64,000 bases of DNA from Blasia pusilla (lineage: Eukaryota): NCBI GenBank assembly GCA_050084515.1, contig CM114271.1, positions 30,566,001 through 30,630,000 of the forward strand. Direction: 5' to 3'. The notes under the pieces are model-generated. The model worked only from the letters and a program-made list of their open reading frames with translations, did not search any database and had not been told where the DNA came from. The translations under genes were made by a program, and so were the position numbers. Of this stretch, positions 11,571 to 24,133 are shown one piece after another; the stretch's first letter is position 1; the number at the start of each line of letters is the position of its first letter.

Positions 11571-13855
11571 GATAAGAAAGAAGAGTCCACACGAACCTCG
11601 GAATAAGTCCTCATACACATACTTTAGAGTGGCACAAAGAAAAGCAAAATTCGGACTTGACACATGTCGAATACTGAGGAGGTCAGAATAGAGAGGGGTT
11701 TCGCCAATAATAATATAGATTTTCTCAATTTCATAATCTTTTTTGCATTGTAAGGGCTATTTGATATAAAATCCATATATCAAAATGATAAGTTTAAAAA
11801 ACATTCTTACACATAGATCTATATATCTACATAGTTTAGGAGACTTATAGAATGTCAAACTATAATCTATACTCTTATAAACATTAAATGTTAAGGAATG
11901 CAAAACGACTTATTAATGCATTCAAGGTATTGTATCTTTAAAAAAAAAATTAATTGATATCAAATATGATCAAGGAGACTTTAAAAATTGGTTGTATAAG
12001 ATTTTGTCATTAAAAGCTGATTTTTTTTTTCTTAGCTCTTGAATACGCAAGTATGTTAGGTATCATCATTTGTACTAGTCTACCAATACAAAAAAATGAT
12101 ACGTCTCAAGTTCCACCTCGAGCTCTAGTGTCTACAATGCTTGCAGCTTCGGCGAGAAGTACATCGCTGAAGAAAGCTGCTAGGCCACAAAATGAAGGGA
12201 GAACGAACATTGACATCTCCAAGACACGTAGAGCCATCATGCCCAAGGCTTCTGTAGGAAATGTGGACAAAGAAAAAAACATGAAACGGATCCCACATAG
12301 AACAGTATCAACAACAATTGGAGACTTTAGCGGTTTGGGTGCTTCTCCGGAAATTTGGGTCGTGAAACCTTCAAAGAAAAAGAAGCATATTAACGCATCC
12401 CCAACATTTGGAACTTCTCTAGATAGTACTAGCCAAAGGACCAACATCGACCGGGGGACCTCTTCCTTGGTAAGACTCAATCGACGTCATCTTTACTATC
12501 AAGGGTTTCACACAGACTTTGATCATGCCAAAAGAGAGAGTTGAGATTACTAGCGGGTGGTGGTTCCATAAAGTAGAGCATGGAGGATAAAACCTCCTTG
12601 GAAACCCTTAGGGAAATGAGTATGAAATTAGATCTTTGGATTTTAGCACCTGCGGAAGTTTGAGGTGACAGTCATTTTCATTCATATCTTAATCAGAACT
12701 TCAGTTCTCATTCATTCCCGTGTTGCTACCTTCTATCAATTGTATTATGAAGTGTAAGGGTTTTGCCCTTGCATCCCTTCTGCACACGAAAGGTGCAATA
12801 GTTAATGTAATGTTACTAGTCTGAGAGTTGAAATGGAAAGACTTCTATTTTATCAAGGAATCCGGACGCTAGCACCCTAGTCCTATCTCACATACATACA
12901 AGAGAGGTGCTCCAACGGCCCAACATGAGAAAGATGGCTTGGGAAAGCCATATTCCTCCCTTATATATATTTTTAGGGGAAGAGCCTTTTGGCTCTTCCC
13001 CTAAAAATAGCTATCCCCTTGGTAACCTGTGCGCACAGGTTACCAGGGGCGGGTGATCTGGTCAACAAGTCACCCGGATGTGAAAGACCTCAACAGGAAA
13101 AGTGTCATAAACAACTTTCCTGACACAATGGACCTATCCTCAACCTCATCCGACACCGTGGGATAAAGTTACACTCAAGATAGTCCGCTGGCTCCCACGC
13201 CCTATCCACAATAGATCTCGGCCTATCGGCTACTCGGATGTGACACGTATCCATCTAACCTGTGGGCACCTTTGATCATCTAGACGTCATTGATGGTGTA
13301 TGAAGTGCCTCCAACAAAGTAAAAGACTGTGGAACCTTGGCCTTTCGCCCATTGGTCCCCTCTTAATCTTGTAGGTTTATCTCAACCCCACTTCTCTATG
13401 GCTCGATCACTCTTGCAATATCTAGAGTCACCACAATCACAACCTCTACCTCAATTGCACTAAACATAAATCTCACACTAATGTACTCTTCCCTCGTATC
13501 TTGATACGATGTCAAGGTTGGAGCTAAAGTAGCTACTCTTGGCTCTGTATCTATCATTGGCCACTCATCGTCTTGGCAAAAATTTTCTCCTTCAATTGAT
13601 TGATGTCAATAAGGAGGGATGCATTGGGTACACGTCCTCCATCTCCTTTGACTCGTGGTAGAACTTTACCACCACAATCGTGAACTCCTCAATCTCCACC
13701 AACTCTCTCACTCTCATGACCTTGGCCTATCTCTAGACATATCTCTCGGTGAAGCTTGAAACACCTATCACGAGTGTGATAATAACAGTGATAATGGTCA
13801 TAATGCAATTATGGTGGTCGGGGTCATCCGAGGTGGCTCTTAAATAATGTACTCT

Positions 13856-14793
13856 AGACCTTCTACCATGTTGTAGGCAACCCCTCAACCTATGGGATCC
13901 ATCACACGTCCAACACATCAAACCTAGTCCTTGTTAACCAACATAGATATGCATGGATCGTTTCTTGACAGGCTCATCAGACCCCCTCTGCTCTAGGCAC
14001 ATTGACCTTCTCTCATAGCACTTGTGGTGCTACTAGAACCCATGGATCCATCAACTGTGGCAAGAATCTTGTGATCACAACATACTCCTCGCTCATATTG
14101 AGCTCAATCTGCTCAAACAACTCAAAGATCCCCTTCAATGTGGGTTTCGTCGTGCAAACCAACATGGCATCCCAGACTATCCTCCGCAGATCCCAATCTA
14201 GAATCTCGTACCAATACTTAATTGAATGTGCCTCAATTACTCCATGAGTGGCAATCATTAGTCATCGCATGCGCATGAACGCCTCTCATAGACTCCCACT
14301 TGATTACAATTAAAGCTCCTAAAGACCTTCTACCATGTTGTAGGCAACCCCTCAACCTATGGGATCCATCACACGTCCAACACATCAAACCTAGTCCTTG
14401 TTAACCAACATAGATATGCATGGATCGTTTCTTGACAGGCTCATCAGACCCCCTCTGCTCTAGGCACATTGACCTTCTCTCATAGCACTTGTGGTGCTAC
14501 TAGAACCCATGGATCCATCAACTGTGGCAAGAATCTTGTGATCACAACATACTCCTCGCTCATATTGAGCTCAATCTGCTCAAACAACTCAAAGATCCCC
14601 TTCAATGTGGGTTTCGTCGTGCAAACCAACATGGCATCCCACACTATCCTCCGCAGATCTCAATCTAGAATCTCGTACCAATACTTAATTGAATGTGCCT
14701 CAATTACTCCATGAGTGGCAATCATTAGTCATCGCATGCGCATGAACGCCTCTCATAGACTCCCACTTGATTACAATTAAAGCTCCTAAAGAC
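13856..14793. repeat. 467-bp near-identical tandem duplication within gag remnant, followed by a deletion-riddled third copy (about 14875-15190)
   Basis: AGACCTTCTACCATGTTG occurs at 13856 and 14323; the ORFs at 14002 and 14469 are nearly identical (offset 467). Confidence 0.9.
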
Positions 14794-15207
14794 TCTTGAG
14801 CTTGTAGGTCCACACGCTCTAGTAGCTCCTTCCGGACTCTCAAAAGAACTCCATTGTAGGAATAAAACTAGGTGGCCTTCATAGCACCTCACATGGATCC
14901 ATCATCACAAGAATCTCACTCATCTCTATATTGAGTCAATGGGCTCAAACAACTCAAAATCCCCTTGGTGGGTTTGTGGGCAACATGGCATCCCACACTA
15001 TCCTATCAGATCTCACTCCATTAATTGAATTTTATGAGTGGCAATCATTAGTCATATATGAACGCCTCTCATAGACTCCCACTTGATTATATTAAAGCTC
15101 CTAAAGACTCTTATAGGTCCACACGCTCTAGTAGCTCCTTCCGGACTCTCAAAAGAACTCCATTGTAGGAATAAAACTAGGTGGCCTTCTACAATATCCA
15201 TCACTCT

Positions 15208-15230
15208 ATATATATATATATACTATCCAT

Positions 15231-15275
<45 letters not shown>
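15208..15275. repeat. Interrupted (TA)n microsatellite
   Basis: Direct reading. Confidence 0.9.
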
Positions 15276-15279
<4 letters not shown>

Positions 15280-18200
15280 TCACAACCACTAGTGGAAACA
15301 TACTCTAGATCCCAGTCTATCGTTCAAGAAATGATATCTACAACGTGTAAGGATCGGAACTCATGAGAATCATCAATAGGAATTACCTCCAAATGCTAGA
15401 ATAAACCCTTCAAAACCATAAAAGGGTTGAACTGCGTAGGGGCTCGTATCTCCTAGAAATCATGCCACTTGTTAAAATCTTTGATGAAATCATTTTTAAG
15501 TCGAGGGTGCCTACCGCACATGAAAATTGATGCATGCCACCAAGGCTTATATTGTCTATCTCTCTACACGTGTCAATGTCCCCATTTATGATCTAGTCAC
15601 TAAACCCACTTCCCAATGATGACAATAGCGATGCAACCATGGATGAGAGTTGAGGTGGTTCCTTACTCAAAACCCCTTCATGCCTCACTCCCGAGCTCAC
15701 TCCATTCCACATAATACACTACCATTGCTCAAACTACCCTATTCTTCCGAACCTTTGAAGAATGTCGTGATGATAACACTGCCTCACACACTCAAGCACT
15801 CAAACTCACCACAAGGCCCCCACACTCCTCACTAGCTCATTTACACTGCTGCTAGTCCCATAACAATAGACCCAACATCACACACACTCAATCACTTGGG
15901 CTCGCCTTGAGCTTCCTGTACTAACTCACCTAAACTATCAAAAATCTCGTCTCATTACACAAGACACTACTCAAGAAACCACCCTACACCCACAAGCACG
16001 CTACGTGCACAAAGAGTTTATACTCAACACCGTCGCTACACCCATCTGGCACTAGCTCTACATAATAACAAACACCCTTAATGACGCGAGACAAATGCAT
16101 GAAAAGGGACTCAAATAGGTAATCTAAACACACGCACCATCACTCTACAACACAGTTAATACTCATTGCTCCATGTGGCACGGCAACCCCCGCGCCACAA
16201 CAATCTCTTCAAACAGCATGATGTCAAACCTTCCATAAGTGGATGCATACTACGTATCAACATCAACGCTTGTGTGTCCCCCTCTAGCACTCCATCATAG
16301 ACCCTCGAAGTCGATCATCCATTTCGACATTTCCAAATTTCAAACATTTTCATTTGGGATTTTGGATCAATGGAGAAGAAGAATAGATCCTCTTTTTTCC
16401 GATGCTCTTTGGAGGGCAAGAGAGAATCCCTTTGGTCCAATGCATTGCACTAGCATAAAAGCACTAATCATTACTATAATAGTTTGGATATAGATAGTAA
16501 ATAACAACATGATTAAAAAAAAAAAAATCTTAGAAACATGGTCTTAATAAATATTTAAATTTTATTTTTACCAATACAAACACTCATTGTTTTTTTTCTT
16601 CATCTAGTCCATCCACGTGGCCTCCAGTAATTGCGAGGCCTCCAGTAATTGCGGTTCTCAAAATTATTCCTCATTTTTTTTCCTATCCATTTGTGTTCCA
16701 CACGTGTTTATTAATTATTTTACCCCGCACCCCTCTCAAAGGACCGAAAACTAAATTAATTACTCCCCACCTACCCAGGGCCGCATGACTTTGTTTTATT
16801 TTTTAAAAAACAGAGTCATCCTTCCCTGTTGTAATAAGAAATACATATCCCTCTCCACCACGAGTCACAAATGATGCCAATTCCCCACTAGCACGCATCT
16901 CTTAACATTTATGGAGAAATTACAATTCCCGATATTAGCTAGGGACTTTGGATGGATTCTCTTGCATATACGACGCTTTCATTTCTTGTCGCTTATCGCA
17001 TCCTCACGGGAGACATTTGGTCGCTTCGGTCGACGACAGCTGGCTGCCACCTCATGATCGACGGCAGCGACTGCGGGAGGAAAGCGGGTGGGTGGAGTAC
17101 CGATCCTGCCGAGACTCCGAAGCATCTCGTGACGAAGAGGACCTGTGACTGACGCTTTCCGTTCCTCGCTCGCTCGCCGCTCTCTCTCGCGCTCAATCAA
17201 CAAGTGGCGTGCCAACGCACATTTGCGAGCGTCTCGCACGTTTTTCCCCTGTGAGGGTCCTTCTTCCATTACGAGACGTCCGGTGGTAGGTCTCGTCTAA
17301 TTTTCTCGTTTCATTCATCGAAGGGACTGGCGGCGGCGAGGATCAAGATCTCGATCGTTGTCGCTTGGGTTTTGGGCGGGGACGTTGGGTTGGCTTTATC
17401 CGTTGCGTTTTCCTCCGAGCGGACGGGATTGGTTTCGGGGCGTGTAGAGTCAATCTGGGGTTGGCTTCCCACAAGTAGGAGACTTTTTCCTGACATGCAT
17501 TCCACTCTTAAGGATGTCCCTTCTTCCACCCCTGCGTTTCTACCTTTGTTCGTCCGTTGCCATGGTCTTTCAGCCTTTCGGGATTGATTTATCGCACGAA
17601 TGTCCGTCCCTCATGGCCGTACTCCGGGTACTCGATTGTGGCAGTCCTCCGGTATGCGCGGGCGGACTGCCGCCAGAGGATGTCCCACAGTTCCACATGC
17701 GGGAATTCTCAGCGGAGACCGACGTGCGGAAGGTGACTGACTGCTCGGGGGCTCAAAGTTATGGGCGGCTCTTGCCATCGTTCTTTCTTAATGAGGTGCG
17801 TCCCATGGGCGTCCCAGGAACCCCACTCCACGTCCGACGGTCCGAGACCGTGATTCTCACCTCTCATCACTGAGCCGTCTTTCTTTTCATGGGTGGCGGG
17901 AGTATTTGGGATATCCACGGCCTCTGCAAGTAAGTGATGTTTTCTGTTGTGCTCATCCACGTGGACTCCATCCATTCACCATCTACGTGCCATAGGGGCT
18001 GGGGCTGTCAAAGGGCCGCACACTGGTTTCGCAAACTGCTGGGATCAGCCCAAGTTCCTCAGCCCCACCTCAGCAGAGATCGAAGATAGCCTGTGAACCC
18101 TCATCCTCATGAACGCAAACTTCCTCGCGCCTCCATCCGAGTTGTCTGCAACGAAGACCCCCGCTTTACTAGCGTGTGCGTGCGAGCGACTTGCTCCTGC

Positions 18201-18904
18201 TCAATCAGCTTCCGCATCATTTTCCACATGGTCTAGAGGATAAGCATTCCACGATATGGATAAGCCCTGTACCTCAGCCGCGATTCCTTCCTCCACAGCG
18301 GCGGCACTCGTGATCGATCATCGAGCGCTACGGCAGCTGACTTGTTTCACAGGTCTTCCGGCAGATCCAAACAATAAGCGTGGCCCTCAACTCGCCTATT
18401 GGCCTACGCTGCGCGCTTAGTTCCATAGCCGGACGGCAGCCGTCTCCGGACGACGGTCTTTTGCCACCTACTCCAGAAGCGACTCTCGCCTTCACTTGCA
18501 TGGTACATATCATTTTCCCTCGAGCAGCGAGGACACGTCTATCAGATTCAGAGTAAGCAAACAACACAAAGTCCGCTTCGATCTCCCTCGCGTTTTGTTG
18601 ACCCCTCCGCTGCCCAGCATCCGGACGTACACCGGCTACTCCATTGGCGACTCTATCCGTCGCTAGGGGCCTGGATTCCGTTTGCAAGAATAGGTAACGA
18701 CATCCGTACTTCGTGAATGATTGGAAGGTTAAGGTTTGTGGTCAAGTAGCGCAGGAGGTAGAGTCCAATGAGTCCATCTTTCGTGAATCATGAAGGCTCC
18801 TGTTACGATCAAGATTACCAAGAGGGCTCGTCGTAACGGGAGGTGAAATTAGACCAAACATCGTCCAGGAAACTTCATGCAAATCTGAACTTGTTTATGG
18901 GATT

Positions 18905-19485
18905 TAGAGAAAGAGAATACTTTAATAGAAACTTGGATGGAAAACCCATCGGGATACAAAGGGGGGCCATAGAGAGCCAAAAAACCTGCAGGCCTAAACC
19001 GGCCCGAAAGAGACAAAAGGGGGCATCCCCTCCTTACGACCAAAATCACCAACAGCAAAGTCAATATCAGCGACGCCTAGAGATCTATGGCTACTACTAA
19101 ATGGGCCTCTAGCATTGGCGCCTCCAACCGCCTGAGCCCACCGCAAAAGCCCATTTGCCTGGGCACGTTGCAAAGCTATGGAGACCCTTTCCCTACAATA
19201 AAGTATCGCAATGGCTAAGGACAACCCATTTCTCGACTGGATGTTGTAGTGATGGATCCTACGCGGGAGGCAGTGCGAGCTCAAGTGGTGGCACAAGGGA
19301 GATTGCTACAAGGAGTGGTGGCGGCAGCGGCGGTGGTAAAGATGACCCACATTTATAGTCGACTTCATGACGGACATCAATTTATCCCGGTAGCCATTGA
19401 GATGTACGAGGCTATGGGGGAGAGGTTTGACTCGTTCCTTACGGATTGCGCCCATCATCTCCAGGATCTCTACTAGACTCCTACG
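18905..19485 (-). mobile_element. 5'-truncated, 5'-inverted non-LTR retrotransposon fragment with a restriction-like endonuclease (CRE-like) C-terminus
   Basis: The plus strand at about 19230-19476 reads LDVVVMDPTR...AAAAVVKMTH.Y...QFIPVAIEMYEAMG. The minus strand from about 19220 reads LAIAILYCRERVSIALQRAQA, then a 3' tail with ATTAAA. These resemble the D...K..Y...F.P.A.E..G...R.S.ALQR blocks of RLE-type LINEs. Confidence 0.65.
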
Positions 19486-21181
19486 TCATGTAGAGATCAG
19501 CACGGATACGAGAATCCTGCATGGAGTAGTGCCTCTCTAAAAAGTGTGCTTGACAGGTTTGAAACAGTCCATAAGCCTTGCTAAAAAAGGAACACCCTTT
19601 TGTCCTTAATCACAACTTGTATTGCAACTTGTATGTAGAGAAGCATGCATTAATACTTCTACTTACATATTTGCGCTGCAATGAATGCATGGGGAAATGA
19701 TCTATTTGTGTTAACTCTGCTTTTCTTTTATGTCTTTCCTTCTTTTGAGATTTATTTATTTTATTATCTTTTCTTCTTTTAAGATTTTTTCCTATGAACT
19801 TTTAAAATTTTGGAACTTCTTTTATCAAACTCATATATATCTTTACTTGTTCCATATTACCCACCCCTCAAAACTCAATTTCAATCTTTTTTGTATTTAT
19901 ACTCTTAGGGAGGAATACATGGCATCTATCTTTATCACTCTTTTCATTTCTATCTATTTTTCCCTCATTGCACTCCTAAATTCCATAAAAGATTGAGAAG
20001 ATTTATTCTTTCCTTTCCAATGGGAATCGAAAAGTTCTTCCTCGATTTCGAGAGAGAGCCCAATGTCTCTTTCCTTCTTGGTAGAGAGAGCGAGAGACCC
20101 ACTCGATGTCAATATCTAAGTCGCTTCTTAAAAATTAATCTTTAAAAAAAAAAAACCTTATCAAATCATCTTTTTCTTTTTGATGTCCCTTCTTTAAACT
20201 TTATTCCCTTCCCCTCACCAAAATTTCAATTCTCTATCTCTCCTTCCCTCTCATATAGAAATTTTCAAAAACACCGTGAAAACAAACATTCTCTATCAAA
20301 CCTTTCGTTGGTTAATATTTCTTTCTTTCTTTTCTCTCCCTTAAAAAATTCAATGATAACTCTCCTTTATGATGGAATTTCCAGGAGCTGAGATTAAATC
20401 AACCATCGTACCCATTTTTATAGCAAACAAAAAGGGAAAACTATTTTTAAATTCATAACACATGTAAATTGGCAAAGTTTAGTATTTAATATAATTCATT
20501 TGATGTGATATCCATAATCTTGGGAAAAGAAGATTCATATGTGAATATTTTCACAAATGGAAGTATAATTGATGTAGACATAGTAAAAACTTTTAAATAA
20601 CATCTTATCATTATTTAGAATAAGTATGAATCCTCCAAATTGGATATGCAATGTGAAAATTATAAGTAAGGGGGACCAATCATGATTCGATTCCTTGATA
20701 TGTGAATCCATGAAAATTGGTTGCATCATGCTATCTTTCTAAATTAAGACTTCTCTTGCTATGGCACACATTACCATGTGTATAAGTCATCAAGAGAGAA
20801 AAAAAAATTGCCCTCCCAACACTCACTTTAATTAATGATTAGAATGCACTAGTGCACTAAGCAATATTAGGGGAAACATTTTCTTTAAAGATATTTCATT
20901 GTGGCTTGATAGAATCTTATTTGTTCAGCTAATTTTCCTAGAAGACATATTACATCTAATAACAACCCGCATATGGTCTCTGCATTGAATAATGTACATA
21001 AGTTCATGAAACAACTTTTTGAGTATTAGATTGTGCCATCCATAGAACTTAATTTATACAACTTAATTTAGAAGTGAAAATCTATGATACTTGAACCATA
21101 AACAAAGTACCATTGTACATGTATGTAAATTATATTTTTACATGTATATGCTAATATTACATGATATGAAAGAAATTCAAA

Positions 21182-21217
21182 TAGCCATACCTTTGAGTTA
21201 ACTCAAAGGTATGGCTA
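21182..21217. repeat. Perfect 36-bp palindrome
   Basis: TAGCCATACCTTTGAGTTAACTCAAAGGTATGGCTA equals its own reverse complement. Confidence 0.95.
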
Positions 21218-23265
21218 CAAAGATGTCTTTATTTGGCCATGAGGCCGATAAAGATATAAGATGCATAGGAGGGGTTGGCTTGCATCATCACTCCTGATAT
21301 TTGATTAATTAGATTACTTCAAAAGTATTGTTAGTGTTGTAAGAATGAGACGATAGCTCTTAACTTTGTTTACACCTTAGCATGTTCTCTTCCAAAACTT
21401 CTGGGGGTCATGATTATTGATCGCTTTCTATGCACATACTGTAATGTACAGAATAATCTTGGTGTTAGAATGTGTGCCAATTCATGGTGCCCAAAGTTCA
21501 AAAAAGAATTCTTGTTGTCAGATTAAGAACATATTCTTGTCGCATAGACGTTTAGGACCCAGACAAATAACTATAAAGTGCTAGCACTTCCTTTGATCAA
21601 TAAAGTCCCTTAGTAGTAGGGTTATCAAGTACGACAATAAGTAACCTACACCGTAGTCAAGGTACTTGATATTTGCTCCCTGATTACTTGAAAGCCAAAA
21701 TGTATTGCATCATAAGCACATGGGGCTAACTCATTCTCTCGTACTGCTTCCCATTCTCAAGTAACGAATAACCCTTTTAAGTAATTACACCCACCAGTTT
21801 GATTATTGGAGTAATGGAAAGTTCTCCTTCATTATCCTCAATTAATTTAACCCACCTAAGGACTTGCTCCTCGTGCGTATAGGCCCATAATTCCATAGAG
21901 GCGGACTAATCTCAGGTTGCTAAAGAATGGGGAATCTGATGCAGGTAATAATTCTAATCTAAGATCTCAAGAAGTCGCATTGTTGTCTCTAAGAGGACCC
22001 GATGATACCTATCCTTGGTCCTAGACATCGCCGATGGCCTATCCTCTACTACACATGGTTCCTCTGTTACACTGTCGATTTAGGGTTTAGAGGAGAGAAT
22101 TCAGTTAAAGAGAGTTAAATTAAATGAGGGTAAGGGATGTCTGGACAAAGGAGAGAAATTGTTCTGAAGTCATGAATTGCCATGTTACACTACCGTAGAG
22201 AAACTGCAAAGCTTGGTTCCGAATTTCATCAAACCTCGAAATGATAGGCCACTAAACCTACTAGACTCTAAAACCGTGGGGCCAGGTACCAAACTGATGT
22301 TGGTCCCAGATAATTATATGTCCACATAGTAATATTGTGGACAGGTTGCACAGTGACAACAGACAGATAAGAGTCCAAGGTCAGAGAAATGGCGTTAGAT
22401 AAGATGAGTATACAATACCGTTCCGGAAATTTCCCAATTTTATCACTCGAATTTCAGGTTACTTCACTCCTCTTGGCTCCACAGAGACTACCCGAGTAAA
22501 TTTGTGATAAATGAGATTTCATTCAATTAAAATGATGATCTGGGGATTGTTACACAATGGGCAAGAAAACTTTCCACCACAAATACCTGTTAGTAATCAC
22601 AATGATTTAGAACTTTCCACAATTTCAAGAACACCCCAACCGCGGTCTTAGGAATAGTTCAATTCAACATCTTTTGATGAGAAAAACACGATACTACTCA
22701 GACTACTCAAAAGCCACAACATACAATCGTCTGACAGTGCTCCTGTACGGAATCCTCAATGCATTTGGCTTGGAAGATAAGAGATACAATGGTCACGGTT
22801 CACATTTTAATTCTTTCGGAAGGTACCAAACTACTGCTTACAACACACAACAACAGATCTGAGTTCACCCGTGTAATACACTGGACACCGCTGAGACAAA
22901 AACTCCAGGATACCGTGAGACATGTCTAGTAATATTCCAAAATCTGCACTAGGTCTGTGTTGTGGTGTGGACAAAGCACACCAGCACTCGAATTTGACCA
23001 TACAAAAGACTAAAGAACCAAAGATTTAGTCTCCACTAAACTTTGGGTAGCGATGAAGCCAGACAGCACAATAGGTGCCCCTGAGTTGCAGAAAAGGCTA
23101 GAAACCAAAATTTTCCATGCAGTAATAAACAATGATTACTTATGATGATAAGCTCAATTCTAACTAACTGTTCAGACTTGAACACTACTAGGTGGCAGGC
23201 CGTATATTCTCTCCATTCCTATGTTGTACCTTGCATAGCACACAGTGTAAGTGGAAGCTTACTGA

Positions 23266-23983
23266 TCAGTCAAAGAGCGAGAAACCCATGTCGTCGTCGC
23301 TCTCCTCCTTCTCCTCTTCTTTCTTCTTCTCCTCTTCTACGGGCGCAGCGGCAGCGGCACCACCACCACCACCACCTGAAGAAGCGCCACCACTAGACAC
23401 AAATCCACCACCTCCACCGCCGCCACCACCAAGCACTACCTGCTCACAAAAGATGGAAAAATGGACTGCAAGTAAGAATGCATTCCAACAAACCTAAACC
23501 TTCGCGTCCATTACAAGGATGTGACGAAAAGGCCAACTGCATTTGACCGTGCAAGTTAGGCATCGACACATCCCGCAAGTATATCGACTCACATCTGACT
23601 GTGAAGGCAAAGCTCAATCACAGAGTCCAACAGCCAGGCACCTTATGACGCCCATCCCTATTGTTGGAAGCCCGCCAAAAGCCCCCTAACGCCACTACCA
23701 GTGCAATTTGAGATTGCAACATACCACTCGTGGAATACATCATGGGATTCAAGACCTCGTGTACCGAATGGGCACTGACCTGGTATACAGCAGAGGTAGG
23801 GGTGATGAGAGAAAATGTTGAGGATATGGAGTTGGGGCCACCAGCTTGCAGTGCCAAATTGCTAAGCTTCCGCTGTATCTCAAAGGTATCAGCTGCACTC
23901 GATTCCAAATTGTGCTCGCCCCCATGCTGCTTTGCGGTCCATGTTCCACCAGAATGCTTCACGATGAATGTGAATACCGCCAT
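23266..23983 (-). CDS. RPP3: 60S acidic ribosomal protein P3 (plant-specific stalk protein), 2 exons, 125 aa
   Basis: Exon 1 (23983-23780): [20 protein letters not shown]...QRKL...PTSAVYQ. GT-AG intron 23779-23440. Exon 2 (23439-23266): Gly/Ala hinge, [23 protein letters not shown], which is the conserved P-protein C-terminus. Confidence 0.96.
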
Positions 23984-24125
23984 CGTTTCGGGATTTCCGT
24001 CGCACCTGGTCCTGAGGGATGATCACACACAGCGGAATTCTGCACCACTAAAGTTTGCAACTGAGCGAAAGGGAATCGACCGGACCAGCGGCGCAGATTT
24101 CTTCGAGGGACCTCGGGTTGAATAT

Positions 24126-24133
24126 TAGGGTTT
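24126..24133 (-). promoter_or_regulatory. Telo-box (AAACCCTA) upstream of the RPP3 start codon
   Basis: TAGGGTTT on the + strand about 145 bp upstream of the ATG. Telo-boxes are typical of plant ribosomal-protein genes; a second one lies near 24536. Confidence 0.55.

Larger units (their letters stand above)
12851..15920 (-). mobile_element. Degenerate Ty3/Gypsy relative (copy Z): terminal-repeat fragment plus gag remnants
   Basis: 12851-13245 matches 35545-35935 and 40453-40830. Minus-strand ORFs give a gag zinc knuckle (CWTCDGSHRLRGC) and THGVIEAHSIKYWYEILD, homologous to TQGVTKAQAIQSWYAMLD in the 43441 gag. Confidence 0.8.

Noticed and set aside
12053-12544. 163-aa ORF
   Set aside because: Low-complexity Lys/Ser-rich sequence in a repeat-rich zone, with no domain or splice context I can support.
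23192-23497. Pro-rich plus-strand ORF (extensin-like)
   Set aside because: Antisense of the Gly-rich RPP3 exon 2.
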